DNA of 64,000 bases from Bacteroidota bacterium (GCA_050011775.1 JBEKIL010000011.1:82044-146043); one strand, 5' to 3'; counted from the first letter of the stretch, positions 31,549 to 42,368 are shown. Numbers and translations are program-made. The notes: a model not told the origin generated them from the letters alone.

Positions 31549-32334
31549 ATGAATTTGCTGCAAAAAATCATCGCATGGTTGAAAACTCCCGAACCAGGTG
31601 GTGCAAATCCATTATTTGATGATGAACGCTTTAAGACGTTCGATTTCGAAAACTTCCAGAAAATCATCGGCTACAGGATTCGGAATGAAAAACTGTTCCT
31701 CGAAGCACTCCTTCATCGTTCGTTTCTTCAGTACCAGGTTAAACCACATCAGCGGGTATCTAATGAACGGCTTGAGTTTCTCGGCGACTCGATCCTTGAT
31801 CTTATCGTCGGAAAATATTTATTCGACCGATATCAGAATGCCGAGGAAGGGGAACTGACGAAAATTCGATCACGCCTCGTCAATAGAAAAGCACTCGTAG
31901 TATATGCCCGGGAACTGGAATTGAATAAGTATATGTTTATGAGCACGAGTGCCGAACAGGCTGTTGAGAAGGGAAATGATTCCATTCTGGCCGATGCCTA
32001 CGAGGCAATTATTGCTGCAATTTATCTCGACAGCTCTTTCGAAGAAGCCCGGAAGTTTGTTGAGAGACAGGTGCTTGCCGCTGTTAAAAAGGGGGTTCTC
32101 AGTACCTCGGATGACAATTATAAAAGCATGCTGCTTGAATATGCCCAGGGTCACGGGTATGGAATTCCCCGATACGGAATAGTGAAAGAAGAAGGTCCGG
32201 ATCATGATAGAATTTTTACCGTTGAGGTAACGCTCGCAGAAGAATGCATCGGCCGCGGTTCCGGGCGAAGTAAAAAGGAAGCGGAACAACAGGCAGCCGA
32301 ACAAGGACTTGAACATATACTTCGCGGTGAATAA
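31549..32334 (+). CDS. rnc: ribonuclease III
   Basis: HRS, NERLEFLGD, LAD.YEA, C-terminal dsRBD (YKS.L.E...GPDH...SKKEAEQ.AA). Confidence 0.95.
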   Translation: MNLLQKIIAWLKTPEPGGANPLFDDERFKTFDFENFQKIIGYRIRNEKLFLEALLHRSFLQYQVKPHQRVSNERLEFLGDSILDLIVGKYLFDRYQNAEEGELTKIRSRLVNRKALVVYARELELNKYMFMSTSAEQAVEKGNDSILADAYEAIIAAIYLDSSFEEARKFVERQVLAAVKKGVLSTSDDNYKSMLLEYAQGHGYGIPRYGIVKEEGPDHDRIFTVEVTLAEECIGRGSGRSKKEAEQQAAEQGLEHILRGE

Positions 32335-32380
32335 TCCGTCATCGGTTAAATCCAACAGCCATTGATTTTTTTCGATTTCT

Positions 32381-33826
32381 ATGCCAGAACAACTTCTGTT
32401 TGAGAAGAGTAAACCCGGACGAAAAGGGTACACACTTCCGAAACTCGATGTAAAAGAGCAACCATTGGATGTACTGATCCCTCAAGAATTTCTACGGAGA
32501 CAAGCGGCCGCGCTTCCTGAGATCAGTGAGAGTGAAGTTGTCAGACACTTTGTACGACTCTCAACAATGAATTATCATATTGACAAGGGATTCTATCCGC
32601 TTGGGTCCTGCACAATGAAGTATAATCCGAAGGTGAATGAAGTTGCCGCAGGAATGACCTCATTTCGCGATCTTCATCCGTTGCAGCCTGAAAGAACTGT
32701 GCAGGGTGCCCTTGAATTAATGTATAATCTTGGTGAATATCTCAAAGAAATTTGTGGGATGAGCGCCATTACGCTGCAACCGGCGGCCGGTGCTCACGGG
32801 GAACTGACGGGAATTCTCCTGATTCGTGCATATCATATGAAACAGGGACGACGCAGAACGAAAATTCTTGCACCCGATTCGGCCCATGGTACGAATCCCG
32901 CGAGTGCAACAATTGCAGGATATAAAACGGTTAGTGTGAAATCAAATGCCCACGGCACGGTGGACATAGAAGATCTGAAAAAAAATCTGGATGATGATGT
33001 TGCCGCTTTGATGCTCACCAATCCGAACACACTGGGAATCTTTGAGAAAGACATCTTCCGGATCAGCACGCTCGTTCATGATGTCGGAGCATTACTGTAC
33101 ATGGATGGTGCAAATCTGAATGCGCTCATCGGCATTGTACGCCCGGGTGATATCGGTTTTGATTGCATGCATCTCAACCTGCATAAAACTTTTTCGACAC
33201 CGCACGGCGGCGGGGGCCCCGGCTCCGGTCCAGTTGCGGTTAACGATCGCCTTGCTCCGTTCCTTCCCGTGCCGATCGTCGAAAAGAAAGAAATATTTTT
33301 CGGGATGAACTGGGATCGCCCCGATTCCATAGGAAAAATACATTCATTCACGGGTAATTTCAGCATGATGGTCCGGGCGTACACCTATATTCGGACCCAT
33401 GGTGCTGAAGGACTTCGTGCCAACTCCGAGAATGCAATTATTAATGCAAATTACCTTCTAAGTAAATTAAACAATGTGTTCGAGGTTCCGTATCGTGAAC
33501 CGACCATGCACGAGTTCGTTCTCTCTGCCGATCGGCAAAAAGAGAGGGGGGCAAACGCGATGCATATTGCGAAACGACTCCTCGATTACGGTTTTCATGC
33601 ACCTACGACGTATTTCCCTCTGATTGTTCATGAAGCGCTCATGATCGAACCGACGGAAACCGAGACGAAAGAAACACTGGATGCATTTGCCGACGCCCTG
33701 ATAAAAATCGATGAGGAGATTACAGAGCACCCGGATGTGGTGGTTTCAGCACCTCACAGTACACCTGTTGGGAAACTTGATGATGCACTTGCTGCACGAC
33801 AGGTAAATGTACGTTATAAGGAATAG
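32381..33826 (+). CDS. gcvPB: glycine dehydrogenase (decarboxylating) subunit 2
   Basis: [53 protein letters not shown]. Confidence 0.95.
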   Translation: MPEQLLFEKSKPGRKGYTLPKLDVKEQPLDVLIPQEFLRRQAAALPEISESEVVRHFVRLSTMNYHIDKGFYPLGSCTMKYNPKVNEVAAGMTSFRDLHPLQPERTVQGALELMYNLGEYLKEICGMSAITLQPAAGAHGELTGILLIRAYHMKQGRRRTKILAPDSAHGTNPASATIAGYKTVSVKSNAHGTVDIEDLKKNLDDDVAALMLTNPNTLGIFEKDIFRISTLVHDVGALLYMDGANLNALIGIVRPGDIGFDCMHLNLHKTFSTPHGGGGPGSGPVAVNDRLAPFLPVPIVEKKEIFFGMNWDRPDSIGKIHSFTGNFSMMVRAYTYIRTHGAEGLRANSENAIINANYLLSKLNNVFEVPYREPTMHEFVLSADRQKERGANAMHIAKRLLDYGFHAPTTYFPLIVHEALMIEPTETETKETLDAFADALIKIDEEITEHPDVVVSAPHSTPVGKLDDALAARQVNVRYKE

Positions 33827-33841
33827 GTGGCGGGGTAAGGC

Positions 33842-34252
33842 ATGCGGGTGGATGACGATGAAAAAATCCGTGAGATATTGAAAACAGCCAGATCCATTGC
33901 TGTCGTCGGCGCGTCGCCGAAACCATGGCGTGATAGTAGAAGTATTGCGCGTTTCCTCCTTGAACAGGGATATACGATTTTTCCGGTTAATCCATCCTAT
34001 ACAGAAATCGACAATCAACACTGCTATCCCACATTGCAACACATTCCGGTGTCGATTGACGTCGTTGATGTCTTTCGTCGTCCTGATGAATTATTACCAA
34101 TTGTAGACGATGCAATTGCAATCCGGGCGCGTGTTCTCTGGTGTCAGCTGGGAGTGGTAAATGAAGAAGCCGCAGAACGTGCAGTAAACGCCGGGATGGA
34201 TGTCGTTATGGATCACTGTATTGCTATTGAATACCGCCGGCTAATGCGCTGA
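33842..34252 (+). CDS. CoA-binding protein (YccU-like)
   Basis: IAVVGAS.KP.R.S, PVNP, D.VDVFR, W.QLG, VMD.C. Confidence 0.9.
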   Translation: MRVDDDEKIREILKTARSIAVVGASPKPWRDSRSIARFLLEQGYTIFPVNPSYTEIDNQHCYPTLQHIPVSIDVVDVFRRPDELLPIVDDAIAIRARVLWCQLGVVNEEAAERAVNAGMDVVMDHCIAIEYRRLMR

Positions 34253-34306
34253 CGATATTCTGCATTAAACGCTAACACCGGTAGGAAGCTTTGGAAAAAT
34301 TGTAGT

Positions 34307-35653
34307 GTGGAGACATTAGTGAAATTTCTCAGCATCATATTTTTTTTGTGTATTCCTCTTGGTGCAATCGCAGCATGCGATGACACTCTTGCTGTTGCTA
34401 AGTATCCGCCCAATTCTATCATCCGGGGAATTATAATAACGGGGAATAAGAAGACAAAAGACTATATCATTACACGTGAAATGGCGCTCCATATCGGAGA
34501 CACTGTCACATTCGAAGCGCTTGAATATGATAAGAATCGAATTTTCAGTCTCCGGCTTTTTAATCGCGTTGATATTGAACCCGTTCCGATCGACAGCAAC
34601 GCTGTTCTCCTCCATATCGATGTCGATGAACGGTGGTATATTTTTCCGATTCCTATTTTAGGAATCAAGGATAGAGAGTGGTCGAGATTGTACTACGGAC
34701 TGGCTGTTCTCCATGATAATTTTCTAGGTGAAAATCAGAAATTGTATGGAGCATTTGTACTGGGATATGATCCCTTTGCTCAGGTGACGTATAAAAATCC
34801 CCGCTTCGACTCTGACGGAGACGCTTTTCTCACAGTCCAGGCTGCTGTCGCACAAGTGAGAAATAAAAGTCTGCAGGCGCAGCTACTTGGACAGGAATTT
34901 GATGAGCGACAATATGTAGCCGAATGCCAGATAGGAAGGCGGTTTGGTAATTCATCGGCGTTATGGTTCCAACTGTCATATGCGACAGTAAACGTTACGG
35001 CCCCGGGCGAGGGACGAACGATTTCACCCGATGGGACAGATAGATATTTTGCTATTCAGCTTGGCGGTTTCTACGATACCCGAGATCTTACAGAATATCC
35101 ACGGATGGGATCATATCTTGAGGTTGACATTATTAAAAAAGGACTCGGGTCAGTGATTGATTATTGGCGGATGAATGCAGATGTACGCAGGTTTTTCCCG
35201 ATTTACCTTGATGAATCGGGACCATTTGCATCGTTGGGATTGAGGGGATTCATCAATATCGCTGCCGGCGGGACAGTACCTCTGTATGATCATAAATATT
35301 TCGGATATGAAGAACGAATCCGCGGACATTTTAAAGATATTATGGAAGGAGAATCGATCCTCGGAGGAACGGCCGAAATCCATGTACCAATACTGAATCC
35401 GATTTTTTTCAAAGTTTCGAACGTCCCGATCGCGCAATTTGCCACATGGCGGTTTGGTATTGTCGCAGCCGTGTTCGCGGATGCAGGTCAGGTCTGGTAT
35501 CATGGATCGCCTATTGCCCTTCCACGATTCACCAGGGGATACGGCGGTGGGATTCACCTGCTTCTTCCCTACAGCATAATTTTCAGGTCGGAAATCGGAT
35601 TCGATGAACACGGACAATCACAATTTATCTTCGACCTTGGAGCAGCTTTGTAA
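34307..35653 (+). CDS. Omp85/BamA-TamA family outer-membrane protein with a single POTRA domain
   Basis: Signal peptide; I.ITGN.KTK..II.RE POTRA; RIRG loop, FADAG, G.G.G. Confidence 0.8.
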   Translation: METLVKFLSIIFFLCIPLGAIAACDDTLAVAKYPPNSIIRGIIITGNKKTKDYIITREMALHIGDTVTFEALEYDKNRIFSLRLFNRVDIEPVPIDSNAVLLHIDVDERWYIFPIPILGIKDREWSRLYYGLAVLHDNFLGENQKLYGAFVLGYDPFAQVTYKNPRFDSDGDAFLTVQAAVAQVRNKSLQAQLLGQEFDERQYVAECQIGRRFGNSSALWFQLSYATVNVTAPGEGRTISPDGTDRYFAIQLGGFYDTRDLTEYPRMGSYLEVDIIKKGLGSVIDYWRMNADVRRFFPIYLDESGPFASLGLRGFINIAAGGTVPLYDHKYFGYEERIRGHFKDIMEGESILGGTAEIHVPILNPIFFKVSNVPIAQFATWRFGIVAAVFADAGQVWYHGSPIALPRFTRGYGGGIHLLLPYSIIFRSEIGFDEHGQSQFIFDLGAAL

Positions 35654-35654
35654 C

Positions 35655-36389
35655 ATGGATCTCTTTTATGCCGTCCCGGCAGATTGCTCAATCACAACGG
35701 TCATCCTTCGGGCTGATGAATTTCATCATTGTATCCGTGTGTTGCGAAAACGAATCGGCGACGAAGTAATGGTGACGGATGGAGCGGGGAATTTGTACAG
35801 GACAACCATCGCCCAAATTGAAAACGATTTTGCTGTTGCTCGCGTCGTTGATGTTCAGAAAAATTATCACGAGTCATCACTCCGTGTAACTCTGGCCATC
35901 GGCTTGCTGAAGAATCCGTCGCGAATGGAATTTGCCGTCGAAAAATGTACCGAGATCGGTGTCGAGACTTTTATTCCTCTTCACACATCACGGGTCATTT
36001 CCCGTAAGGTGAAAATCAACAGGTGGAACAATATCGTCCTTGCCGCGATGAAACAATCGTGCCGCACAATCCTTCCTTCCGTTTCATTAATACAGCAGTT
36101 TGGAGCAATGCTCACGGCGTCCTCTCATTTCGGAGTGAAACTTATCGCTTACGAAGCTGTCGAAAATTCGACGAATATTCTCTCCGTTATGAATAAAAAC
36201 GCCGGTGCCTCATCTGCGATTGTTTGTATCGGACCGGAAGGAGGATTTACCGAAGAAGAAATCCGGCAGGCAATGGCGGCGGGATTCGTTCCTGTGTCGC
36301 TCGGTCAGCGGCGGTTGCGTAGTGAAACAGCCGCGGTTGTAGCGGCAAGCCTGATTCTTTCATCAACCCACTTAGGGTCCCGACGTTAG
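35655..36389 (+). CDS. rsmE: 16S rRNA m3U1498 methyltransferase
   Basis: H...VLR, EK.TE.GV, AMKQS.R, IGPEGGF, LG.RRLRSETA. Confidence 0.95.
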   Translation: MDLFYAVPADCSITTVILRADEFHHCIRVLRKRIGDEVMVTDGAGNLYRTTIAQIENDFAVARVVDVQKNYHESSLRVTLAIGLLKNPSRMEFAVEKCTEIGVETFIPLHTSRVISRKVKINRWNNIVLAAMKQSCRTILPSVSLIQQFGAMLTASSHFGVKLIAYEAVENSTNILSVMNKNAGASSAIVCIGPEGGFTEEEIRQAMAAGFVPVSLGQRRLRSETAAVVAASLILSSTHLGSRR

Positions 36390-36469
36390 AGAAACAGAGA
36401 ATATGAAAATGGCTATCAAGCACGGAGGTTGTCGGCCTGTAAAGAGACAGAATTACAATGGCAAAATTT

Positions 36470-37099
36470 TTATTGGATGAACACCTTACCGGCTTGTGCC
36501 AGAATTTCCCGGCTCATTTTCTCGCATGTCCGCTGGAGTGATTCCGCTTCTTTCGATGTCCAACCGACAAACTCCACATCTTTGATCGTACCAATGTTGA
36601 TGCGGACATTCAGCGCTGCACCGTCACATGCTGCCTGGAGCATAAGTGCTGAAACACCGGCATCTCCGACGGCACTTGTAGTTCCTTTGGTTGCTACAAT
36701 TTTTGTCAGTGCCAATGCGTCGATACAATGCCGCATTATGGTTAATGGAAGAAGAGCAGCCTCTTTCGTTGCGGCCTGAACCGCCGCTGAACGGAGAGCC
36801 TTCTGCTGGTCATTCTCTTTCGGCAGATTCATTGCTTCCATGACTTTTGTGAAAGCGTCCGAATCTTTGTCTAAGAGCTCTGTAAATTTTGCCCGCAGGA
36901 TTTCGGCCTGTTCAAGAACTTTTTGCATTTCCGCTTCGACGGCTTCGTACTTTTTCTTTCCGATCGTCAATGAGCAGACCATTGAGGTGAGAGCCGCACC
37001 AAGTGCGCCGGCGAGCGCAGCAACACTTCCGCCGCCCGGGGCAGGTGAATTCGATGAAAGTTCATCGAGAAATTGTGTTATTCGTTGTTCTGTCAGCAT
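36470..37099 (-). CDS. fchA: formiminotetrahydrofolate cyclodeaminase
   Basis: S.SPAPGGGSVAAL, MV..LT.GKK, D.D..AF, NV.IN. Confidence 0.9.
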   Translation of the reverse strand: MLTEQRITQFLDELSSNSPAPGGGSVAALAGALGAALTSMVCSLTIGKKKYEAVEAEMQKVLEQAEILRAKFTELLDKDSDAFTKVMEAMNLPKENDQQKALRSAAVQAATKEAALLPLTIMRHCIDALALTKIVATKGTTSAVGDAGVSALMLQAACDGAALNVRINIGTIKDVEFVGWTSKEAESLQRTCEKMSREILAQAGKVFIQ

Positions 37100-37137
37100 A
37101 GTTTATTGTGTGTTTAATAGTGGATGTGGGTTTATCT

Positions 37138-38166
37138 TTATAATAAAAATTCGATGATCTTTTTTTGTGGATCAAACCGTTCAAGCTGGCTCAATCCAAG
37201 TCGTTTGATTGCTAAATCGATTAATTGATCCTCCTGAAATAGTTTGCCCTGTGAATAAAACTGTCCGGCGAGCATCAGGGCAGCCTTTGGTGTTAATCCA
37301 ACGATTTCACTTCCATTGGTATGTATACCCAGTTTTTGTGCATGCCTTGATACTTCTTCGAAGGCGACATGAGGAGGGGTGATTTCATAATTTGTAAGAT
37401 TAATCGATACCTGTGCAACGTTACATTTTTCGAGAAAGACTCCGATTGCTTTTACTGATTTTAATGATCCTGGAATATTAACGGTTTTTCCATGTGCATC
37501 TTTCACAACTTGACCATTCTCATCTTTTAACGGACGCCCGCTCTCACGGATCCTTAATGCAATTTCGTGAGCATAACTCTGAATGTTTGTGTTGAGATTG
37601 ACGTTGTATGCAATTAAAAAAGTCCGTGCACCGGTCACAGTCGCACCCGATTTCGGATTGAATTGTGCCTCACCAAAATCCGGTTTCCAATTCGGGTCAC
37701 GGAGTTTTTCGGGAAGTCCTTCATATTCTCCCTTGCGTACGGTTGCGAGGTTTTTCCGTTCGGGAATCCTGGCGGCTTCCTCATATAGATACACCGGAAT
37801 ATCCAATTTCTTTGCCACACTTTCACCATAGCTGTTTGCAAGTTCTACACAATCGCGCATCGTCAAACCACTGATAGGAATAAATGGCACGACGTCGGCG
37901 GCTCCCAGCCGTGGATGTTCACCTTTATGTGTCCTCATATCGATCCGTTCTGCAGCAACTTTTGTAGCCTGAAATGCCGCCTCGACAATACCTTCAGGGT
38001 TGCCAATGAAAGTCACGACTGTCCGGTTATAATCGGCATTCGGTTCGAGATTGAGTAACTTGACCCCGGGGACACGGCGGATTGCATCAGCGATTGCATT
38101 GATGGTATCGGCATTCTGTCCTTCACTAAAATTAGGGACACATTCGACTATTTGTTTTATAGCCAT
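37138..38166 (-). CDS. ftcD: glutamate formimidoyltransferase
   Basis: ECVPNFSEG, IDMR.H.GEHPR.GA.DV.PF.P, R.GEYEGL, GAR.FLIAYN. Confidence 0.93.
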   Translation of the reverse strand: MAIKQIVECVPNFSEGQNADTINAIADAIRRVPGVKLLNLEPNADYNRTVVTFIGNPEGIVEAAFQATKVAAERIDMRTHKGEHPRLGAADVVPFIPISGLTMRDCVELANSYGESVAKKLDIPVYLYEEAARIPERKNLATVRKGEYEGLPEKLRDPNWKPDFGEAQFNPKSGATVTGARTFLIAYNVNLNTNIQSYAHEIALRIRESGRPLKDENGQVVKDAHGKTVNIPGSLKSVKAIGVFLEKCNVAQVSINLTNYEITPPHVAFEEVSRHAQKLGIHTNGSEIVGLTPKAALMLAGQFYSQGKLFQEDQLIDLAIKRLGLSQLERFDPQKKIIEFLL

Positions 38167-39410
38167 CAGAATTCAAGTATAGTGCCGTTTTTAATTACTC
38201 TCCACACATGATTGACGCCGAAAAAATATGAAATGTACAGGTAGTGAGGAATATCAAGAATTATTATATCGGCTTTTTTGCCAACCTCAATACTTCCGAG
38301 GCGGTCCGAGACTCCGATCGCGGCTGCCGCATTCAGTGTCGATGCGGTTATAGCTTCCTCCGGCGTCATTCGCATGTGAGTACAGGCAATCGTCATCATG
38401 AGGGGCATTGAAAACGACATACAGGAGTCCGGATTAAAATCACTGGCAAGTGCAACAGGGATTCCGGCATCGATTAGTGCACGCGCAGGCGCGTATGAAC
38501 GGTTGAGAAAAAAAGATACGCCAGGCAGGAGTACTGCGATCGTCCGTGATGATTGCAATGCTTTGATTCCTCTTTCGGAAACATGTTCGAGATGATCGAC
38601 CGAAACAGCATTTAACTCTACGCCAAGTTCTGTCCCACCGGTGTTCGTCAATTTCTCGGCGTGGATTTTCATCTGCATTCCATGGTTCTTTGCAACCGTA
38701 AGAATTTCACGGGTTTCTTCTACCGAGAAAAATCCGCGCTCACATACGACATCGCAATAACGGGCCAATTTTCTCTTCCCGACGTATGGGATCATTTTTT
38801 CTGTGATTGACCGGATATAACCTGCCCTGTCTTCTCGATATTCCGGAGGAACAGCATGAGCCGGTAGGAATGTCGGAACAACATCGACGTAGTGTTCTTT
38901 TTGCACATCCTGAATTGCTTCGAGCATCGTGATTTCACTTTCCATGTTCAGACCGTACCCAGTTTTGATTTCAACTGTTGTCGTTCCATGACGTAACATC
39001 GCGTCGAGATGACGATCGGTAGCCCGCTTAAGATCCTTTCGGGTGGTGGACCGTACCGATTTCACCGTACTTAAAATCCCTCCTTCTTGATCGTCGATTT
39101 CCTGGTCTGAAGCTCCCCGGCTCCGAAGTGCAAATTCATGGTGGCGGCCGTCGACAAAACAGGCATGGGTATGAGCATCGACAAAGCCGGGGACAGCGAT
39201 TCGTCCGTCGGCATCGAGTGTATCAATTGTGTCGCCTGTTTCTCTGGAAAGCACACCTGATGGACCGATACGTTCGATATTTCCATCAATGATACGCACC
39301 GTAGCATTCTCGATCACACCAATATCCTGCATATCGGCGCCTGTTTTCACAGCGGCTCCATTGGATGCAACGGTGATGAGTTGTCCGATATTTGTAATAA
39401 GCAAATTCAT
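38166..39410 (-). CDS. hutI: imidazolonepropionase-family amidohydrolase with atypical active-site residues
   Basis: PGFVDAHTH, GTTT.EIK.GYG, AHAVP, D..CE.GFF, HAE, S.DHLE, DFNP; adjacent to ftcD. Confidence 0.85.
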   Translation of the reverse strand: MNLLITNIGQLITVASNGAAVKTGADMQDIGVIENATVRIIDGNIERIGPSGVLSRETGDTIDTLDADGRIAVPGFVDAHTHACFVDGRHHEFALRSRGASDQEIDDQEGGILSTVKSVRSTTRKDLKRATDRHLDAMLRHGTTTVEIKTGYGLNMESEITMLEAIQDVQKEHYVDVVPTFLPAHAVPPEYREDRAGYIRSITEKMIPYVGKRKLARYCDVVCERGFFSVEETREILTVAKNHGMQMKIHAEKLTNTGGTELGVELNAVSVDHLEHVSERGIKALQSSRTIAVLLPGVSFFLNRSYAPARALIDAGIPVALASDFNPDSCMSFSMPLMMTIACTHMRMTPEEAITASTLNAAAAIGVSDRLGSIEVGKKADIIILDIPHYLYISYFFGVNHVWRVIKNGTILEF

Positions 39411-39463
39411 CAAGTTATTGCTGGATAGCCTAAAAAAAAGATATTGCAGAACACATCAAAAGT

Positions 39464-39548
39464 AAGATACAAAAGAGAAATAGCATCTGCAAGATAAAGT
39501 GACATAGGGATGGAATAGCTTGCTTCTCTACCTCATTTATTATATTTT
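39464..39548. promoter_or_regulatory. divergent sigma70-type promoters for hutI operon and porin
   Basis: Minus TTGCAG-17-TATCTT (39492-39464); plus TTGCTT-17-TATTTT (39520-39548). Confidence 0.5.
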
Positions 39549-39608
39549 TGCATTATCAACACTTACATCTCTAGTTCGTAATATTCTCACTTCATAAAGG
39601 GATCTTTT

Positions 39609-40679
39609 ATGAAAAACTCCGCTGTGTATCTTATCGTACTAGTGATCGTTCTTCTCTTTTCATCAACCGTGGTTAATGCACAAACACCGACAATGAAAAT
39701 CGGAGGGTATGTCCAGAACTGGCTGATTTTGAGGGAAGGAACAGAGGGGATAGCCAACGCGCCTGCACTCTATACGTCGGGATTTCGAATTCGACGCGCA
39801 CGATTGGGTTTTAAGGGCGATATTTCTGAAATGTTCAACTACAACGTTCTCTTGGAATTTGCCGGTTCTCAAAATATCCTCTTGGATTTTGCATCGACGG
39901 TAAAAATTGATCCTGCATTCAATATCACTGTTGGACAATTCATTGCACCGACACAGATGTACGAGACATCGACAATTTCGAGTGCCAACACTGAATGTCT
40001 TGAAATCTCCGATATTGCTTCCACGATTTACACGACGATGAATCTAGATTCATACCGGGATGTAGGACTCATGGCCTCGGGGAATATTGATATGGTTAAA
40101 TATGGTGCATATTTTGGAAACGGAAGAGGGCGGTTTAATTACGCCAGCAGAACCGGTATCATCTCAAGAAAATTCGGTGATGGACTAATCGGAGGACGCA
40201 TCGATATCGAGCCATTGAAAAATATTATTGTCGGTGGCCATTATGCCAGGAATAATCAAGAAAGTGTGGACAGTACAAGTTCTGGTTTGAGCAGTAAAAA
40301 ATTGGATCGTCAAACATTTTCAGCCTTAGTTAATGTGAGCGATGCATCCGGGATGTTGATTCGAGCTGAATATGCCGGCGGGAAGAATAAGGATAATCCG
40401 GCAAAGGAAAGCAGTTTCAAAGGATATTATATCCTGTTCGGTTATAAATTTAATCCGCAAATTCAAGGCGTTCTCAGATACGAATGGATGGAAGTAAAAA
40501 CCGGAGGTTTGGTTACAGGGGAGCATCAGACACTTGTCCTCGGCGGAACATATTTCTTTATGAAGGAAGAAAAAGAAATTGCCAAACTGCAACTAAATTA
40601 TTTTGCACGTACGGAGACTTCACCGACTCCATCAGTGGATAACGACCTGTTATTGTTGGGACTTCAAATTAAATTCTGA
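39609..40679 (+). CDS. outer-membrane porin (OprO/OprP-like)
   Basis: Signal peptide; F.IRRARL..KG, GQF, RD.G, G.G, alternating beta strands, terminal QIKF. Confidence 0.8.
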   Translation: MKNSAVYLIVLVIVLLFSSTVVNAQTPTMKIGGYVQNWLILREGTEGIANAPALYTSGFRIRRARLGFKGDISEMFNYNVLLEFAGSQNILLDFASTVKIDPAFNITVGQFIAPTQMYETSTISSANTECLEISDIASTIYTTMNLDSYRDVGLMASGNIDMVKYGAYFGNGRGRFNYASRTGIISRKFGDGLIGGRIDIEPLKNIIVGGHYARNNQESVDSTSSGLSSKKLDRQTFSALVNVSDASGMLIRAEYAGGKNKDNPAKESSFKGYYILFGYKFNPQIQGVLRYEWMEVKTGGLVTGEHQTLVLGGTYFFMKEEKEIAKLQLNYFARTETSPTPSVDNDLLLLGLQIKF

Positions 40680-40734
40680 AGTATTGGTTTTTATTCGACA
40701 CAGACGAGGGAGGATTTGGAGAGAAGAGGTAATT

Positions 40735-40769
40735 TGTGCGGCGGCATGTTTTGCGCCGCGCAGTTTTTT
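40735..40769 (+). terminator. hairpin plus T-run between convergent porin and PP2C genes
   Basis: TGTGCGGC...GCCGCGCA followed by GTTTTTT. Confidence 0.5.
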
Positions 40770-41976
40770 AAAGGACTTTGACGACGACCAGTGTCATGTC
40801 ATCATGCTGCGCCGATCCGTTGCTGAACTGCCTGACGCACTCGGAAACGCGGTTCATAATTTGTCGGGCGCTTATACCCGAGAGGTCGGTTTGTTTAATA
40901 CATTGTTCAAGTCGTTCGTTACCAAACAATTCCTTCTGTTGATTCATCGTTTCTGTTATCCCGTCGGTCAGGAGAAAAACAATATCACCGCTATGCAGCT
41001 GAATATTTCTTTCCTCATAGGCGCTGTCTTCTTTCATTCCGAGTGGAAATGTGATTCCAACAGAATTCAGATGTTCGACGCCCTTTGACGAATACAGCAT
41101 CGGTTTTGTTTGTCCCGCATTTGCAAAACATAGCGTTTGGTCAGAGAGGTTGAGAACGGTAAGAAGAAAAGAAACGAAATGGCCCCGCTTTGTATGCGTA
41201 TAAATGGAGCGATTCAATCGTGTAAGGATTTCTGCAGGTGAATCCGATTGTTTCGCTTCGCTTGTATATGCGCCGCTGGTAAATACAACCGACATTGCCG
41301 CCTGCATTCCTTTTCCCGAGACATCGACGATTGATATTCCAAATCTTTCATTACTCCCGCCGACAAACGTATAATCGTAATAGTCACCACCCACCTCCTG
41401 GGCAGGAAGCGACATGCCTGCAATATCGTATCCCGGTAACGATGGCTCCGTTTTTGGCATCAGTGAAATTTGAACATCGTGGGCTAATGTGAGTTCGGTC
41501 TGAAGAGATTCTTTCGCCTCGCGTTCGAGAGAGACCACCCAGGCAAGAAGATTGACCGCACCAAGTATCAATCCGCCGACGATTACCACCATCATCAATC
41601 CGCTGCCGATGTGAAAAAATGCGGCGATTACTCCCAGCGTAATAAGTGTATATGAAATCACAACAAGCCGTTTCCGGTCTTCCGGGATATCGGTGTAGAT
41701 TTCATCGCTCCATAAAAGCGAGAATGCCAGAGCATCCCAGAGCCGGATATGTTCAGTAGAGAGTTCTATTTTCTGACGCGAAATTTGCTTTCGTTGTGCA
41801 ATGGCATATTTCAATCGATCCCATGTAAGATAAAGAAAGCCGGCGATGATCAGGTCGCCCGCAAAACGAGTCCAATTACCGTGAATTCCCTCTCCAAATG
41901 CTGAAATAAGCTCGATGACAATGATGATCTTGAGTGCGAGAAAGATGATTTTTTTGAATTGAACAGGGTCAATCAT
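40768..41976 (-). CDS. membrane-anchored SpoIIE/RsbU-like PP2C phosphatase
   Basis: Four hydrophobic segments; A..VQ..L.P, VGGDYYD, DVSGKG, NAG, TDG.TE, DDMT. Confidence 0.9.
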   Translation of the reverse strand: MIDPVQFKKIIFLALKIIIVIELISAFGEGIHGNWTRFAGDLIIAGFLYLTWDRLKYAIAQRKQISRQKIELSTEHIRLWDALAFSLLWSDEIYTDIPEDRKRLVVISYTLITLGVIAAFFHIGSGLMMVVIVGGLILGAVNLLAWVVSLEREAKESLQTELTLAHDVQISLMPKTEPSLPGYDIAGMSLPAQEVGGDYYDYTFVGGSNERFGISIVDVSGKGMQAAMSVVFTSGAYTSEAKQSDSPAEILTRLNRSIYTHTKRGHFVSFLLTVLNLSDQTLCFANAGQTKPMLYSSKGVEHLNSVGITFPLGMKEDSAYEERNIQLHSGDIVFLLTDGITETMNQQKELFGNERLEQCIKQTDLSGISARQIMNRVSECVRQFSNGSAQHDDMTLVVVKVL

Positions 41977-42368
41977 AACAGATAGTATCGTTGTTGTACA
42001 TTTCGATTAACATTCTTATATCTACCCTATGTACGTGCAATGAGAAAGAAATGTTGCTTTTTCTGGGGATGCGGATTAATCTATGTTGCCTCTTATCTGT
42101 TCAATATTGGTATATGAATATTCCATCTTCGAGCATTTTCATTTGACTGTCGATATCCCGCGTAGACACGACGTAAAAATTTTCCTGCAAGGTTGCTTTT
42201 GAAATGTTTCTTCGCGCACGCCTGCAATGTCTCATACTCTTTTCGAATGCACGGTAGCATTTCCAGTCGAGGGCTGTTTTTCCTCCACTGTCGTAGAATA
42301 TTCCCCTGCAATTGAGTCGTATTTCGCGGGGTGCGATTTTTGGAGTTTTTATTGTGATATCGAAGGAG

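Noticed and set aside
42093-42311. 72-aa ORF between the activator and PP2C
   Set aside because: No RBS or domain signal; more likely regulatory spacer
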